NCBI GenBank assembly: GCA_964512695.1
Contig: CAZEJU010000001.1
Span: forward strand, 7,803 to 71,802
Origin: an uncultured Gammaproteobacteria bacterium
GTDB taxonomy: Bacteria; Patescibacteriota; Microgenomatia; Levybacterales; UBA12049
Direction of reading: 5' to 3'
Length of the DNA: 64,000 nt
Positions 19,285-28,675 of the stretch are shown piece after piece. A program made the translations under genes and the position numbers. Below the pieces are notes generated by a model. That model made no database searches and was not told the DNA's origin. It saw only the letters and a list, made by a program, of their open reading frames with translations. Positions within the stretch are counted from its first letter, which is position 1; every line of letters starts with the position of its first letter.

Positions 19285-20037
19285 ATGTCAAAACAGAAAA
19301 CGAATTATACCAAGTCATATGCTAATCCTATAGAAAAGGTAAACAACTCCGGAAGATTTTATAGTGGGGATAAACCAAAAACAGTTTCCCAGCAAGTAAA
19401 AGCCCAAATAGACGGCATCGAAGATGATTTCCTTGCTCAACTTCTAGGATACGATTATAAAGATCCAAAAACGAAAATGAGAATGCCTTCTGAACAAATA
19501 AAGAAGGATACCTCCGGAGATATGCAGCAAGGCCAATCTGTTGATTTTGCTTCACAATCAACAAACACTGACAGTATATCTTCATCCTATTCAGAATCAA
19601 TGTTTATCGAAAATACTGATTATTATTCTGAACAACGAGAGAGAAAACCAGAAGTTCTTGCAGGTATTGATTATAGAAGAGAGGTTATGTATGGAAGTGA
19701 ATCGCTTACGAAGAGAGAAGCAGCACAGCTACAACAAAGAGTCCAGGAAATTATTGATGAACTCTCAAGGCTGGTTAGTGCATCTGTCATATTACAAACA
19801 CAGTTCTCAGTATCCGTAGACCAAGCTCCACAAAGTGTCGGTAAATACCATATTAATTTTTTTGAATGGATGCTTATCTGGGTTAAAGAGTTACGAAGGA
19901 AAACAGAAGATGCGGGTTCTTGGTTGAGTGTTATGCAAAGCAAAAAATCCCAAAAAACGTATGGTAAAATGGCGAAAAAAATGGGTACGAAATTTACATT
20001 AGCCAACGAAAGAACCCCAGCAACGCAGACAGGTTAA
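19285..20037 (+). CDS. hypothetical protein
   Basis: 250-aa low-complexity ORF with no recognisable motifs. Confidence 0.3.
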   Translation: MSKQKTNYTKSYANPIEKVNNSGRFYSGDKPKTVSQQVKAQIDGIEDDFLAQLLGYDYKDPKTKMRMPSEQIKKDTSGDMQQGQSVDFASQSTNTDSISSSYSESMFIENTDYYSEQRERKPEVLAGIDYRREVMYGSESLTKREAAQLQQRVQEIIDELSRLVSASVILQTQFSVSVDQAPQSVGKYHINFFEWMLIWVKELRRKTEDAGSWLSVMQSKKSQKTYGKMAKKMGTKFTLANERTPATQTG

Positions 20038-20260
20038 TAATATTTAATTTCTATTTACCAAATACCATTTTCCATTTTGTTTCTTCAGATTTTTCCTTGA
20101 TGTATTAATTGAGGATGTACATATCCCGATTCCTATTAATGAAGCCAGTGCATTGGTTTGCCGATTTTTAGTACTATGCAATGGAAAATTGAAAAACGGA
20201 CAATGGGAAATTTTAATAGTTGTAGGCATAATAAGAATATGTTACAGTTACACAGGTTTT

Positions 20261-21430
20261 ATGATTTCACAACGTGTCGCAAATCTTACTCCCTCGCCTA
20301 CATTAACATTAGACGCAAAAGTAAAAACTTTACAAGCACAAGGACAAAGTGTTATTAACTTATGTGTAGGTGAACCTGATTTTGATACCCCACAGCACGT
20401 CCAAGATGCAGCTTTCCAAGCCATGCAAGACGGTTTCACTCATTACACTGTCACTGCAGGAATTCAAGAACTCAGGGAAGCAATCGTAGAAAAATTTAAA
20501 AAAGATAATACTATAACGTACAATCCTTCTGAAGTAATCGTAGGTATGGGTAGTAAACCACTACTGTACCTCGCTTTTTTATCTTTATTAAATAAAGATG
20601 ATGAGGTACTTATACCTACTCCCACATGGAACTCGTTCGTGGAACAAGTTAAATTGGTTGGGGGGAAACCAGTATTAGTACCTTTACAACCTCCTTTTAA
20701 ACTCCTAGCTGCTGATATTAAAGAGAAAATCACAAAGAAAACAAGAATGCTACTTGTCAATACACCTTCTAATCCTACAGGAGCAATGATAGATAGCATT
20801 GAGCTTGAAAAAATAGCCGAATTAGCAGTAGAAAATGATTTTTTTATTCTCGCAGATGAAATATATGAAAAAATTGTTTACACACAGCAGCATATTTCAA
20901 TCGCGTCACTATCTGCAGCTATTAAACAAAAGACTATTACTATTAACGGGTTCTCAAAAGCATACGCAATGACAGGATGGAGAATAGGCTATGCTGGAGG
21001 ACCTCAAGAGATTATTCAGGCAATGGTAGCTCTGCAAGGACAAATAACTTCAAACGTGGCTTCTTTTGTGCAGAGAGCAGGCATAGAAGCATTAAAAGGC
21101 GACCAGAATGATTTAATGAAAATGACGAAGGCATTTAGTGAACGGCGAAGGTTTGTTATTCAAACCTTAAAAAATATTCCTGGTATCACATTTTCCGAAC
21201 CAGAAGGGGCTTTTTATGTTTTTATATCAGTTGAAAAAAAATTAGGAAAAGTGTATAAGTCATCTTCAGAGTGGTGCGAAGCATTACTTGAAAAGCAAAG
21301 TGTGGCTGTAGTACCTGGAGAGGGATTCTTCCGCCCAGGCTATTTCAGACTAAGCTATGCTGCTTCGATGGAAGAGTTAAAGAGGGGAATAGAGGGAATA
21401 AAAAAGTTTATTTTGGATCAATATACATAG
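20261..21430 (+). CDS. class I (aspartate/aromatic) aminotransferase
   Basis: LTPSPTLTLDAKVKTLQAQGQSVINLCVGEPDFDTPQHV at the N-terminus; SKAYAMTGWRIGY PLP-lysine region. Confidence 0.8.
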   Translation: MISQRVANLTPSPTLTLDAKVKTLQAQGQSVINLCVGEPDFDTPQHVQDAAFQAMQDGFTHYTVTAGIQELREAIVEKFKKDNTITYNPSEVIVGMGSKPLLYLAFLSLLNKDDEVLIPTPTWNSFVEQVKLVGGKPVLVPLQPPFKLLAADIKEKITKKTRMLLVNTPSNPTGAMIDSIELEKIAELAVENDFFILADEIYEKIVYTQQHISIASLSAAIKQKTITINGFSKAYAMTGWRIGYAGGPQEIIQAMVALQGQITSNVASFVQRAGIEALKGDQNDLMKMTKAFSERRRFVIQTLKNIPGITFSEPEGAFYVFISVEKKLGKVYKSSSEWCEALLEKQSVAVVPGEGFFRPGYFRLSYAASMEELKRGIEGIKKFILDQYT

Positions 21431-21554
21431 TCAGAATTTTTATTTGAAATTTTTAATTCAAAATCAAAATTTAATATTTAAATTTTTAAGTTTACATTAT
21501 TTGATATTGAATAAAAATTAAAAACTTAAAATTAAAAATTATACTCATATAAAT

Positions 21555-23063
21555 ATGGCGCGTAAAATACCAGCAACAATGGTCTCACAACATCCTGATA
21601 ATGCGAGTAAACCGTACTGGCATACGGAAGAATTTATTAGCACCCAACATGAAACATTTGAATGTTTCTTATCTTTCTCTGAACTTGGTGTCTCTGAATA
21701 TAAATGGGATTGGGAAGGAAAGCTCGTAGATGAGTCTATTATGGAACGGCTTTTTAGCCAGTATTATGAATTTTTTAAGACAAATCCACTAGGTTATAGC
21801 AAATTTCTCACATTCCGTCTTCCAAACCCAAAAGTAGAAACAGAATTCCGTATAGGGCGCGCTTTCATGGGTATTCTCAGTGCGGATATGTTAGCTCGTC
21901 AGCTTGGATTCTACAGTCCCTCCTTATTTGAAGTAATCTTACCAATGACAGAGTCAGCGCAAGAGATGATAGAAATTCAAGAAGCTTTTCGCGAAATGAG
22001 TGGATTAAAACATAAATTATATCGCATGGCAGATAAATCTCTTCGTCATATCGAATTGATTCCCTTATTTGAAGATGTACATACGATAATTAACTCTGCA
22101 AATATTCTCGAACAGTATATTAAACTTCACAAAAAGAAATTTAAATTTTTACCTTCATATATAAGGCCGTACATCGCTCGTTCTGATCCAGCATTAAACG
22201 CAGGAATTGTGCCTACGGTACTTGCAGCAAAAATCGCTCTTTCAAGATACAAAGCATTTTCAGAAAAAACTGGCATTCCTTTATATCCCGTTATAGGCTC
22301 TGCATCCTTACCGTTTCGCGGAGGGCTTACACCAGTAACTGTCGAAGCGTTTGCTAACGAATATAAAGGAGTCCGAACAGCTTTGCTCCAGAGCGCATTC
22401 CGATATGATTATGATAAAAATGTCGTTAAACAGGCAGTGGAACAGCTTGAAAAATTACTTCCTTCAAATAGTGCAATTTCAATACCCCAAAAAGACGAAA
22501 AAGTTATGATCGAGCTTATTAACTTATTCGAGGGATATTATAAACCTACTATAGAACAATTAGCAGATAAGATAAACGCAGTAGCCACATCTCTACCTCG
22601 CAGAAGAGAACGAGTGCAGCATGTGGGTTTATTCGGGTACTCAAGGGGTGTCGGAAAAGTAAAACTACCACGAGCCATAGGGTTTACCGCCGCTATGTAC
22701 TCACTGGGTATTCCTCCAGAAATAATAGGCACGGGACGAGGCATAAAAGAAGCAAAGGAACGCGGACTTCTGCCAGTACTCGAAAAGTATTATGTTAATC
22801 TACAAGCTGATCTCACTCGAGCAGGGAAATACGTTAATAAACCAGCAATTAAAAAACTCGCGAAAACTGATACGACATGGAATGATGTTTTAACAGATAT
22901 AACGGAAATCGAAAAATTCCTTAAGATAGCACTTGAACCTGAGACAGAAGAAGAGAAACAACATAAAACCATTACGGATGATATTACGAAGAAACTTGCT
23001 GCTGAGGAATCTATAGCAAAACTCATAGAACAAGCAGCAGTACTCCGAAAAAGTTTAGGATAG
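21555..23063 (+). CDS. phosphoenolpyruvate carboxylase, archaeal type (PpcA-like, ~500 aa)
   Basis: N-terminal IPATMVSQHPDNASKPYWH and overall length match archaeal-type PEPC. Confidence 0.5.
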   Translation: MARKIPATMVSQHPDNASKPYWHTEEFISTQHETFECFLSFSELGVSEYKWDWEGKLVDESIMERLFSQYYEFFKTNPLGYSKFLTFRLPNPKVETEFRIGRAFMGILSADMLARQLGFYSPSLFEVILPMTESAQEMIEIQEAFREMSGLKHKLYRMADKSLRHIELIPLFEDVHTIINSANILEQYIKLHKKKFKFLPSYIRPYIARSDPALNAGIVPTVLAAKIALSRYKAFSEKTGIPLYPVIGSASLPFRGGLTPVTVEAFANEYKGVRTALLQSAFRYDYDKNVVKQAVEQLEKLLPSNSAISIPQKDEKVMIELINLFEGYYKPTIEQLADKINAVATSLPRRRERVQHVGLFGYSRGVGKVKLPRAIGFTAAMYSLGIPPEIIGTGRGIKEAKERGLLPVLEKYYVNLQADLTRAGKYVNKPAIKKLAKTDTTWNDVLTDITEIEKFLKIALEPETEEEKQHKTITDDITKKLAAEESIAKLIEQAAVLRKSLG

Positions 23064-23073
23064 ATCAGAATAA

Positions 23074-23658
23074 TTATTGAAACAACGGAACCGTACCAGA
23101 TCCTACTGAATAAGACTTTCTCTGCCATTCATAACCCATTTCTTCAGCTTTTCTTTCATGGACTTTGTTTAAATGTACTCTTACTGAATCTTGAAATCGA
23201 TATTCAGCTTCATCAGGGTCAAGATTTTCAGGAAATTCTGCAAATGGTCCTTCGCGTCTTCTAAACTGCTGATAATACTCACCACTAATCATACTTATTT
23301 CCTGAGGTTCAAGCACTAAGAGATCAGCCGCAAATTGAAATGTAGCACGAATGATTTGTATAGTTTTAGCTTCAGTAATATTTGTTGGGCCATTTCCGGT
23401 ATGCTTATGCGCTTTAACAGCTTTTTCCATAATTCTCCATACTAAGCTCCTGTCTTCAATTACTGCGTTTCCTAATAATCCCGGCTCAGAAAGCCCATCC
23501 CTTTTACAAATTTCAGCAATGACAGCAGCTTGAGCTGTAACAGATCCAGGCGTTCTTACACTTGCTTGGACAAATAAAGACTCTCCCAAAGTTTTTCTGT
23601 CATTTTCTGATACTTGAGAACCATCACGTGGTGTATATAACATTGCTTCTTTATTCAT
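23074..23658 (-). CDS. hypothetical protein
   Basis: 194-aa ORF. Divergent from the DUF62 gene promoter. Confidence 0.3.
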   Translation of the reverse strand: MNKEAMLYTPRDGSQVSENDRKTLGESLFVQASVRTPGSVTAQAAVIAEICKRDGLSEPGLLGNAVIEDRSLVWRIMEKAVKAHKHTGNGPTNITEAKTIQIIRATFQFAADLLVLEPQEISMISGEYYQQFRRREGPFAEFPENLDPDEAEYRFQDSVRVHLNKVHERKAEEMGYEWQRKSYSVGSGTVPLFQ

Positions 23659-23728
23659 AAATACTATAAGACAGAATTATACCAAGAATCTGCTTATTTG
23701 TATAGCACAATATTGAATGTAACACTTC

Positions 23729-23757
23729 TTGACAATAAGCAAAAAGTAGAGTATTAT
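23729..23757 (+). promoter_or_regulatory. sigma70-like promoter TTGACA-N17-TATTAT
   Basis: Read directly from the sequence; 17-nt spacer. Confidence 0.55.
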
Positions 23758-23770
23758 CGGATATAACGAT

Positions 23771-23821
23771 ATGCATTATATAAAAGTTGAAAACATGATG
23801 GCAATGATGATGACTTCCTAA
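23771..23821 (+). promoter_or_regulatory. Met-rich leader peptide ORF (MHYIKVENMMAMMMTS; five Met in the last eight codons)
   Basis: ATG CAT TAT ATA AAA GTT GAA AAC ATG ATG GCA ATG ATG ATG ACT TCC TAA begins ~7 nt after the predicted TSS. Its stop abuts an antiterminator arm, ggaggt at 23823-23828. Confidence 0.55.
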
Positions 23822-23852
23822 CGGAGGTGTATCACGTGCTGTTTGTGAACGA

Positions 23853-23875
23853 CCTCCTTACTAGGAGGTTTTTTT
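23853..23875 (+). terminator. intrinsic terminator CCTCCTtactAGGAGG + T7 (attenuator terminator; 3' arm doubles as SD)
   Basis: Perfect 6-bp GC-rich stem followed by seven T. The upstream ggaggt can alternatively pair with acctcc. Confidence 0.6.
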
Positions 23876-23886
23876 ATTGTAAAAAT

Positions 23887-24684
23887 ATGTTTGTGACCAT
23901 TATTAACGACTGTACAGATCATAACGTAATAGGAAGGCAACTAACCAGAGCAGCTGTCTTATTTTACGCGCCTGTTATTCCGGTTGGGGTTCACAACGAG
24001 TTAGAAGCTGCCGGAAACCTCATAGATGTTCTCGATGCTGCAGAAAAGGGAAAAGGAGTAATCATTCTGAATGTCGCACCCCGACATGGTAACGCGAAAA
24101 AGTGGCCGAATGGAACACCATTTGCGTACTTTAACGTCAATAATATACTTATTATAGCCACAATAGATGGCTACTCCTTGTCTCTTATAAAAAAACTCAG
24201 GATAATAGATTCCGTGAATCTCCTTGATATTCCTGATGTAGTTAACAGGATGCAAGAAGAACATGTCATTTCTTCAGAACTACGAGATCAAATCATTCAT
24301 ACGCAATTTCGAAGTTTCGAGTTCGCTCCCCGCGTAGCAAAGTGGCTGACCGAAAGAATAGAAATCCCCAGCACACCGTATGCTTTATCCCAAGTTCCTG
24401 ATGTACCAAAAGCTATATGGTATATCGATAATTTCGGAAACTGTAAAACCACACTCCTACCAGAAGATGTAAACTTCCAGGCAGGCAAAAAAGTTCATAC
24501 GGAATTAGGTGAGTTAGCTTGCTATAACAGATTAAAAGATGTCCCTGATGGAAAAACAGCTCTTATCATTGGTAGTTCAGGTTATAAAGATAAACGATTT
24601 ATCGAGTTAATAATCCAAGGTAAAAGCGCAGCACAGATATATGGTCTGCAAGTCGGATCATTAATCATAAATACTATTGGTTAA
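23887..24684 (+). CDS. SAM hydroxide adenosyltransferase family protein (DUF62; SalL/FlA fluorinase-chlorinase fold)
   Basis: N-terminal VTIINDCTD..; C-terminal IDNFGNCKTTL... closely parallels the fluorinase motif IDHPFGNVWTNI. Confidence 0.65.
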   Translation: MFVTIINDCTDHNVIGRQLTRAAVLFYAPVIPVGVHNELEAAGNLIDVLDAAEKGKGVIILNVAPRHGNAKKWPNGTPFAYFNVNNILIIATIDGYSLSLIKKLRIIDSVNLLDIPDVVNRMQEEHVISSELRDQIIHTQFRSFEFAPRVAKWLTERIEIPSTPYALSQVPDVPKAIWYIDNFGNCKTTLLPEDVNFQAGKKVHTELGELACYNRLKDVPDGKTALIIGSSGYKDKRFIELIIQGKSAAQIYGLQVGSLIINTIG

Positions 24685-24794
24685 ATTCGACACTACAGAA
24701 ATAACATTTATGGGAATTAAGATTACCATATTAAAAAATAACAGAAAAATACCTCAATGCCTGGACTAAAGGAATCTCGCATTACCGGCTATTA

Positions 24795-24823
24795 TTGACA
24801 AGCTCAGGCTGATAAGGTAAAGT
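24795..24823 (+). promoter_or_regulatory. sigma70-like promoter TTGACA-N17-TAAAGT
   Basis: Read directly from the sequence. Confidence 0.5.
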
Positions 24824-24828
24824 ATGGA

Positions 24829-25107
24829 AAGAATCAAGAGTGATGGGGAGACCCCAGTCTGATCTTCCTTTTCGCCTTAGTAGATTTCTACTTCGGCTTA
24901 AAGAGCGATCTTACCGGGGCGGGAGTTTTGGCTTCATGATCCATCCGGCAACCCTTCGGTAAGTTCAAACAATGCTTGAACAACGAGCAGGGTGCCAAAC
25001 CCAACCCAAGAGATGTGCTACCGAGTACATCTTCGTAAAGGAGGATTTGATCCTGAGACAATCGAAGGATAAACTATGTATTACCTCTCTTTACGAGAGG
25101 TTTTTTT
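24829..25107 (+). ncRNA. SAM-I (S-box) riboswitch with enlarged P3 and terminator expression platform
   Basis: Conserved S-box blocks AUCAAGAG (24833-40), CCGGCAACC (24945-53), GGUGCCAA (24981-88) and AGAGAUG. The P1 3' strand AAGAGA can alternatively pair with the UCUCUU 5' arm of the terminator 25084-25107. Confidence 0.6.
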
Positions 25108-25113
25108 ATTTAT

Positions 25114-26868
25114 ATGGCTAAAGAAGGTGAAATAAAAGGCACATATCAGTTTAGTATAGATGGCCCTCAGCTGACCAGTGACGATATACAGAGGAAGTTC
25201 CCTGGTGTCAAAAATAATGGTCATCTCGGAAAGACTGGTGTAGTACTACATGATACAGCAATTCCTATCGCAGCTATCCGACATCCTCGACTTATACCTA
25301 CGCGGTTAGATGGAATTATACCTGTGTTTGGTGGCCCCCAAACACACAGTAAAATAGAGCATATCCGTATCCGACCAGCTGGTGGCTCAGAAGCGAAAAG
25401 AATAGCAAAAGCAGTCCGTGGAACAACCCCAACACTCGGACCAGAAGCAGAAGCATTTGTACATAACAGAAGAACAGGCAGACTTGTACCTACATTTAAA
25501 GGAAAACAAATTGAAACACAAAAAGCACTGAGAGAAGATGCACTTGGACATACGGGATCGCTTGAAGAACACATCGTAGCATCTGCTAAATTTACAGTTT
25601 TTAGAGCTAATCAAGAGCGCAGACGAGGACGTATCGCAGTTGAAACAAGTGTTCCTATAACCTATGGTGAAGGTAAAGATGCTCGAGATAGTGAAGGTCT
25701 CGCAGGTAGTGAAAATCCATATATTGTGGCTATGACACATCTGTTCCCTGAAAATATGCTCCCTACAGAGAAGCTTGATCCACAAGTTGCAAGCGTTTTA
25801 AATCAATACGCTCTTCGCCATGGGTTTGCGACTATTTCTGATATGACCAGCGCTCTCGGTCTTAACCGCACCTGGCACATGGCTGCAAGCCATCTGAGTC
25901 TTGGTCTACCGCAGGAACAACAACCAGATGGGAAATATATTACTTCTACTGAGATCGCGATAGGAGTTATGAATGTATTTATGAGTGACCTTAATATTTC
26001 GCATATGTTTACTCATGGAACACCTATGCTAGGCGGACAATTAGTAGATGTTCCAGCACGAAATCGTCAATCAGAACATGTGGCCTCAAATCAACCGTTA
26101 CGGGATGTACGACTTGGTGCATTTAAGCATATGTTAGGCACTGCTTATCCTGGCCCGCTTATCGCGAATGAAGAAGATCTCTATGATCGCTGGAGAAAGA
26201 TTGTTATTCCAGGGAAAGCCGCGACTGTAGATCGAGCATCGGCAATTAGTATAGCACCAAATGGAGAAATCTATGCCTCAATGCATGCACGGGCTCGTCT
26301 TCGTGTGGGAGGTGATCCCACAAAACAAACTGTACGAGTCGAATCAGTAGGAGATAGCGCTACACCTTCACGCTACGACTTAATAGCGCGTGACGCGTAT
26401 CTAGTAATGTTATGGAACGGTGCTATGGAGGCAATGGCAAAAGGAAAAACCCCACAAGATTTCTGGGGGGGAAATTATCCAGCAATAACTGACTGGAAAA
26501 AGCAGCAGGAAGCGACATTAGGATTTTCTGTTAATGGACCAGCGAATAGGGAAGCACATGTGCTGATTGAACAAAACCTGGGGTTTTTACGTGATATGAA
26601 AGCTCTCCAACCTACATTAGGTACGTACATCGATTATGTAACAGCACGTATTCGTAATTTTAGTAGACCGACAAAAGCACACACACTCGATGAGTATACA
26701 ACAGATCCATCAGGTAGCATAAGCGAGGTAATTCGACGCATGAAAGAAACCGGATATAAAGATGATGAAATCGTGCGAGCTATTGACACACATCAAACTG
26801 CAGTATCACGAAGAGTTGTTCAAGTTCATGGAGATTTTAAAGCGCTTCTACAAGATGTACAAAAGTAA
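25114..26868 (+). CDS. hypothetical 584-aa protein under SAM-riboswitch control
   Basis: Long ORF with coding-like composition and no recognisable motif. Confidence 0.4.
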   Translation: MAKEGEIKGTYQFSIDGPQLTSDDIQRKFPGVKNNGHLGKTGVVLHDTAIPIAAIRHPRLIPTRLDGIIPVFGGPQTHSKIEHIRIRPAGGSEAKRIAKAVRGTTPTLGPEAEAFVHNRRTGRLVPTFKGKQIETQKALREDALGHTGSLEEHIVASAKFTVFRANQERRRGRIAVETSVPITYGEGKDARDSEGLAGSENPYIVAMTHLFPENMLPTEKLDPQVASVLNQYALRHGFATISDMTSALGLNRTWHMAASHLSLGLPQEQQPDGKYITSTEIAIGVMNVFMSDLNISHMFTHGTPMLGGQLVDVPARNRQSEHVASNQPLRDVRLGAFKHMLGTAYPGPLIANEEDLYDRWRKIVIPGKAATVDRASAISIAPNGEIYASMHARARLRVGGDPTKQTVRVESVGDSATPSRYDLIARDAYLVMLWNGAMEAMAKGKTPQDFWGGNYPAITDWKKQQEATLGFSVNGPANREAHVLIEQNLGFLRDMKALQPTLGTYIDYVTARIRNFSRPTKAHTLDEYTTDPSGSISEVIRRMKETGYKDDEIVRAIDTHQTAVSRRVVQVHGDFKALLQDVQK

Positions 26869-27021
26869 CATTTGACAATATATTTGTAAATATAATTGAC
26901 AATATTACATATCTTTCAGTTAGTAATTATGAGTGCTGCCAATGCCTCTCAATACTTTTCGCACTCACTCACATCCTATAGTTGAATTTCTTCTCATATC
27001 TTTGTTACAATTTACCCCTAT

Positions 27022-28503
27022 ATGTCCCGAATACACGAATTACCAAGTATCCATACACTCTCTTCTACTGATGCTCAAAGATATTGGGATAAGTTACATC
27101 CAATAAAAGTTGTATCTCATGAGAGACCCCTGCAATACGGACATCCAGTTGAAATTCCTCCTAAACTCGCAGGAACTATTGGCAGATCAGCAAATCTCAT
27201 GGAAGAAATTGCGATAGATAGCATTATGCAACAAGGGGCCACTACATGGCTTGGAAATAATGCGGCTTCTTTCGCAGGTGATAGTCTTAACATACAAGAA
27301 ATCAACCACCAGCTCGAAGGTAGGCTTCTTCAAGGCTATCGATTACCTATTAGTTACGATGGAATGATAACAGTCTTTCGTGGAAGACCACATTATACAG
27401 TAGTGGAAGCACAATCTCTAGTTGCTCATGGCCCATGGATTCGGTCTATGCTTCAAGCAGCAGATAAAGATCCAGATGATCCATCATCATGGCAAGGGAA
27501 AGAAAATCCTACCCTCGTAGTTCAACAAATGAAAGACAATTTCGCGAAGGGTGAAGTTATAACAGTATTAGATACCACTCCACTTTCAGGTCCATTTATT
27601 CATGAACAAGTGGGTCTAGCGAAAGCATTAGGAACATCGGGAAGCGTGCCTATTTCTGCGCTTGATATCCAATTTAATCCTGAAATAGGTTATTTTCATT
27701 ACGGTTATGCAGTTGATACTAGAGGCTACCCTATACCAAATGGAAACGGCTTTTTAAGAACATCCGACCGAATACCAATCCGGCATGTGTTAAGCCGTAT
27801 GACGCAACCTGATCTGGATCATTTATACAATCTGGTCCGCGGTAACCCCCAACAAAGTGAACTTATACTCAAGTTCTTACGAGATGAAAAGATTAATTGG
27901 ATCTGGCATCCAGCATGGCAGTCCCTCATCGATAAATCGAGATTACCATATATCTGTAAAAAACTGGAAGAAAGACAAGAAAACGTAACACGCAATCAAT
28001 TTGTTCCGATTTTCGTAGCCGGTGAAACTCCACCCCTAGGAACGTATGTGCGTAAACCCGTAAGCAGCGTCCAAGGTGAAGGAGTAACAATTGTGCAAGT
28101 TAATGGCGTACCTCAACAAGTCGAAGAAGGCACAGTATACCAAAAGTATTTTTACCCGTATCCGTTTTCCATTCCCTTAGACGCAGAAATAGCACGGCAA
28201 TTTCCTGTAACACCCCATGCTCCCAGAAATGTCGCGTCTGGCTTCCAGGAACATTTCGGTTGGGGACAAACCACAACGCCTGCTAGTCTAGAATTATGTT
28301 ATATGGTGCCACCTTGGTGTAAAGGAGAACTTACGGGATATTTTATAGGGAGAGTAGCACCCAGGTATACAGGACCAGATTCAAGAAACATAACCCAAAC
28401 AAACCTCTCAAAAGCGCAAGCTGCGATGTACGAATATATCCGAGATCAGGATCATTGGAAAACACCCTTCGGCTTTTCCCCTGTAACTCTTCAAAAGACT
28501 TAA
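27022..28503 (+). CDS. hypothetical 493-aa protein
   Basis: Long ORF preceded by a TTGACA promoter and a Ser-rich 18-codon uORF at 26929-26985. Confidence 0.4.
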   Translation: MSRIHELPSIHTLSSTDAQRYWDKLHPIKVVSHERPLQYGHPVEIPPKLAGTIGRSANLMEEIAIDSIMQQGATTWLGNNAASFAGDSLNIQEINHQLEGRLLQGYRLPISYDGMITVFRGRPHYTVVEAQSLVAHGPWIRSMLQAADKDPDDPSSWQGKENPTLVVQQMKDNFAKGEVITVLDTTPLSGPFIHEQVGLAKALGTSGSVPISALDIQFNPEIGYFHYGYAVDTRGYPIPNGNGFLRTSDRIPIRHVLSRMTQPDLDHLYNLVRGNPQQSELILKFLRDEKINWIWHPAWQSLIDKSRLPYICKKLEERQENVTRNQFVPIFVAGETPPLGTYVRKPVSSVQGEGVTIVQVNGVPQQVEEGTVYQKYFYPYPFSIPLDAEIARQFPVTPHAPRNVASGFQEHFGWGQTTTPASLELCYMVPPWCKGELTGYFIGRVAPRYTGPDSRNITQTNLSKAQAAMYEYIRDQDHWKTPFGFSPVTLQKT

Positions 28504-28528
28504 GCACACATACTCTTAAGTTTAAATA

Positions 28529-28557
28529 TTGACAATTTATAATTGATCTGGTAAGAT
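28529..28557 (+). promoter_or_regulatory. sigma70-like promoter TTGACA-N17-TAAGAT
   Basis: Read directly from the sequence. Confidence 0.55.
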
Positions 28558-28569
28558 TATAAGACAAAT

Positions 28570-28620
28570 ATGCAACATACGTTTAATTCTATTATTGTCG
28601 TCCTTCTCGTTACCCATTAA
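28570..28620 (+). promoter_or_regulatory. branched-chain-amino-acid-rich leader peptide ORF (MQHTFNSIIVVLLVTH)
   Basis: ATG CAA CAT ACG TTT AAT TCT ATT ATT GTC GTC CTT CTC GTT ACC CAT TAA. Seven consecutive Ile/Val/Leu codons; near-leaderless. Confidence 0.55.
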
Positions 28621-28650
28621 TTGGGCGGAGGACTCGTGTTAAAAAACGTA

Positions 28651-28675
28651 CCCGCTCAAAGAAGCGGGTTTTTTT
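28651..28675 (+). terminator. intrinsic terminator CCCGCTcaaagaAGCGGG + T7
   Basis: Followed by the tiny ORF ATG TTT TAA, then the AAGGAG SD and the main ATG at 28697. Confidence 0.6.

Noticed and set aside
24960-25000. AGGGUGCCAAACC in the 25114 leader looked like a T-box core
   Set aside because: It lacks the UGGNACC bulge. Together with AUCAAGAG, CCGGCAACC and AGAGAUG it fits the SAM-I (S-box) consensus instead.
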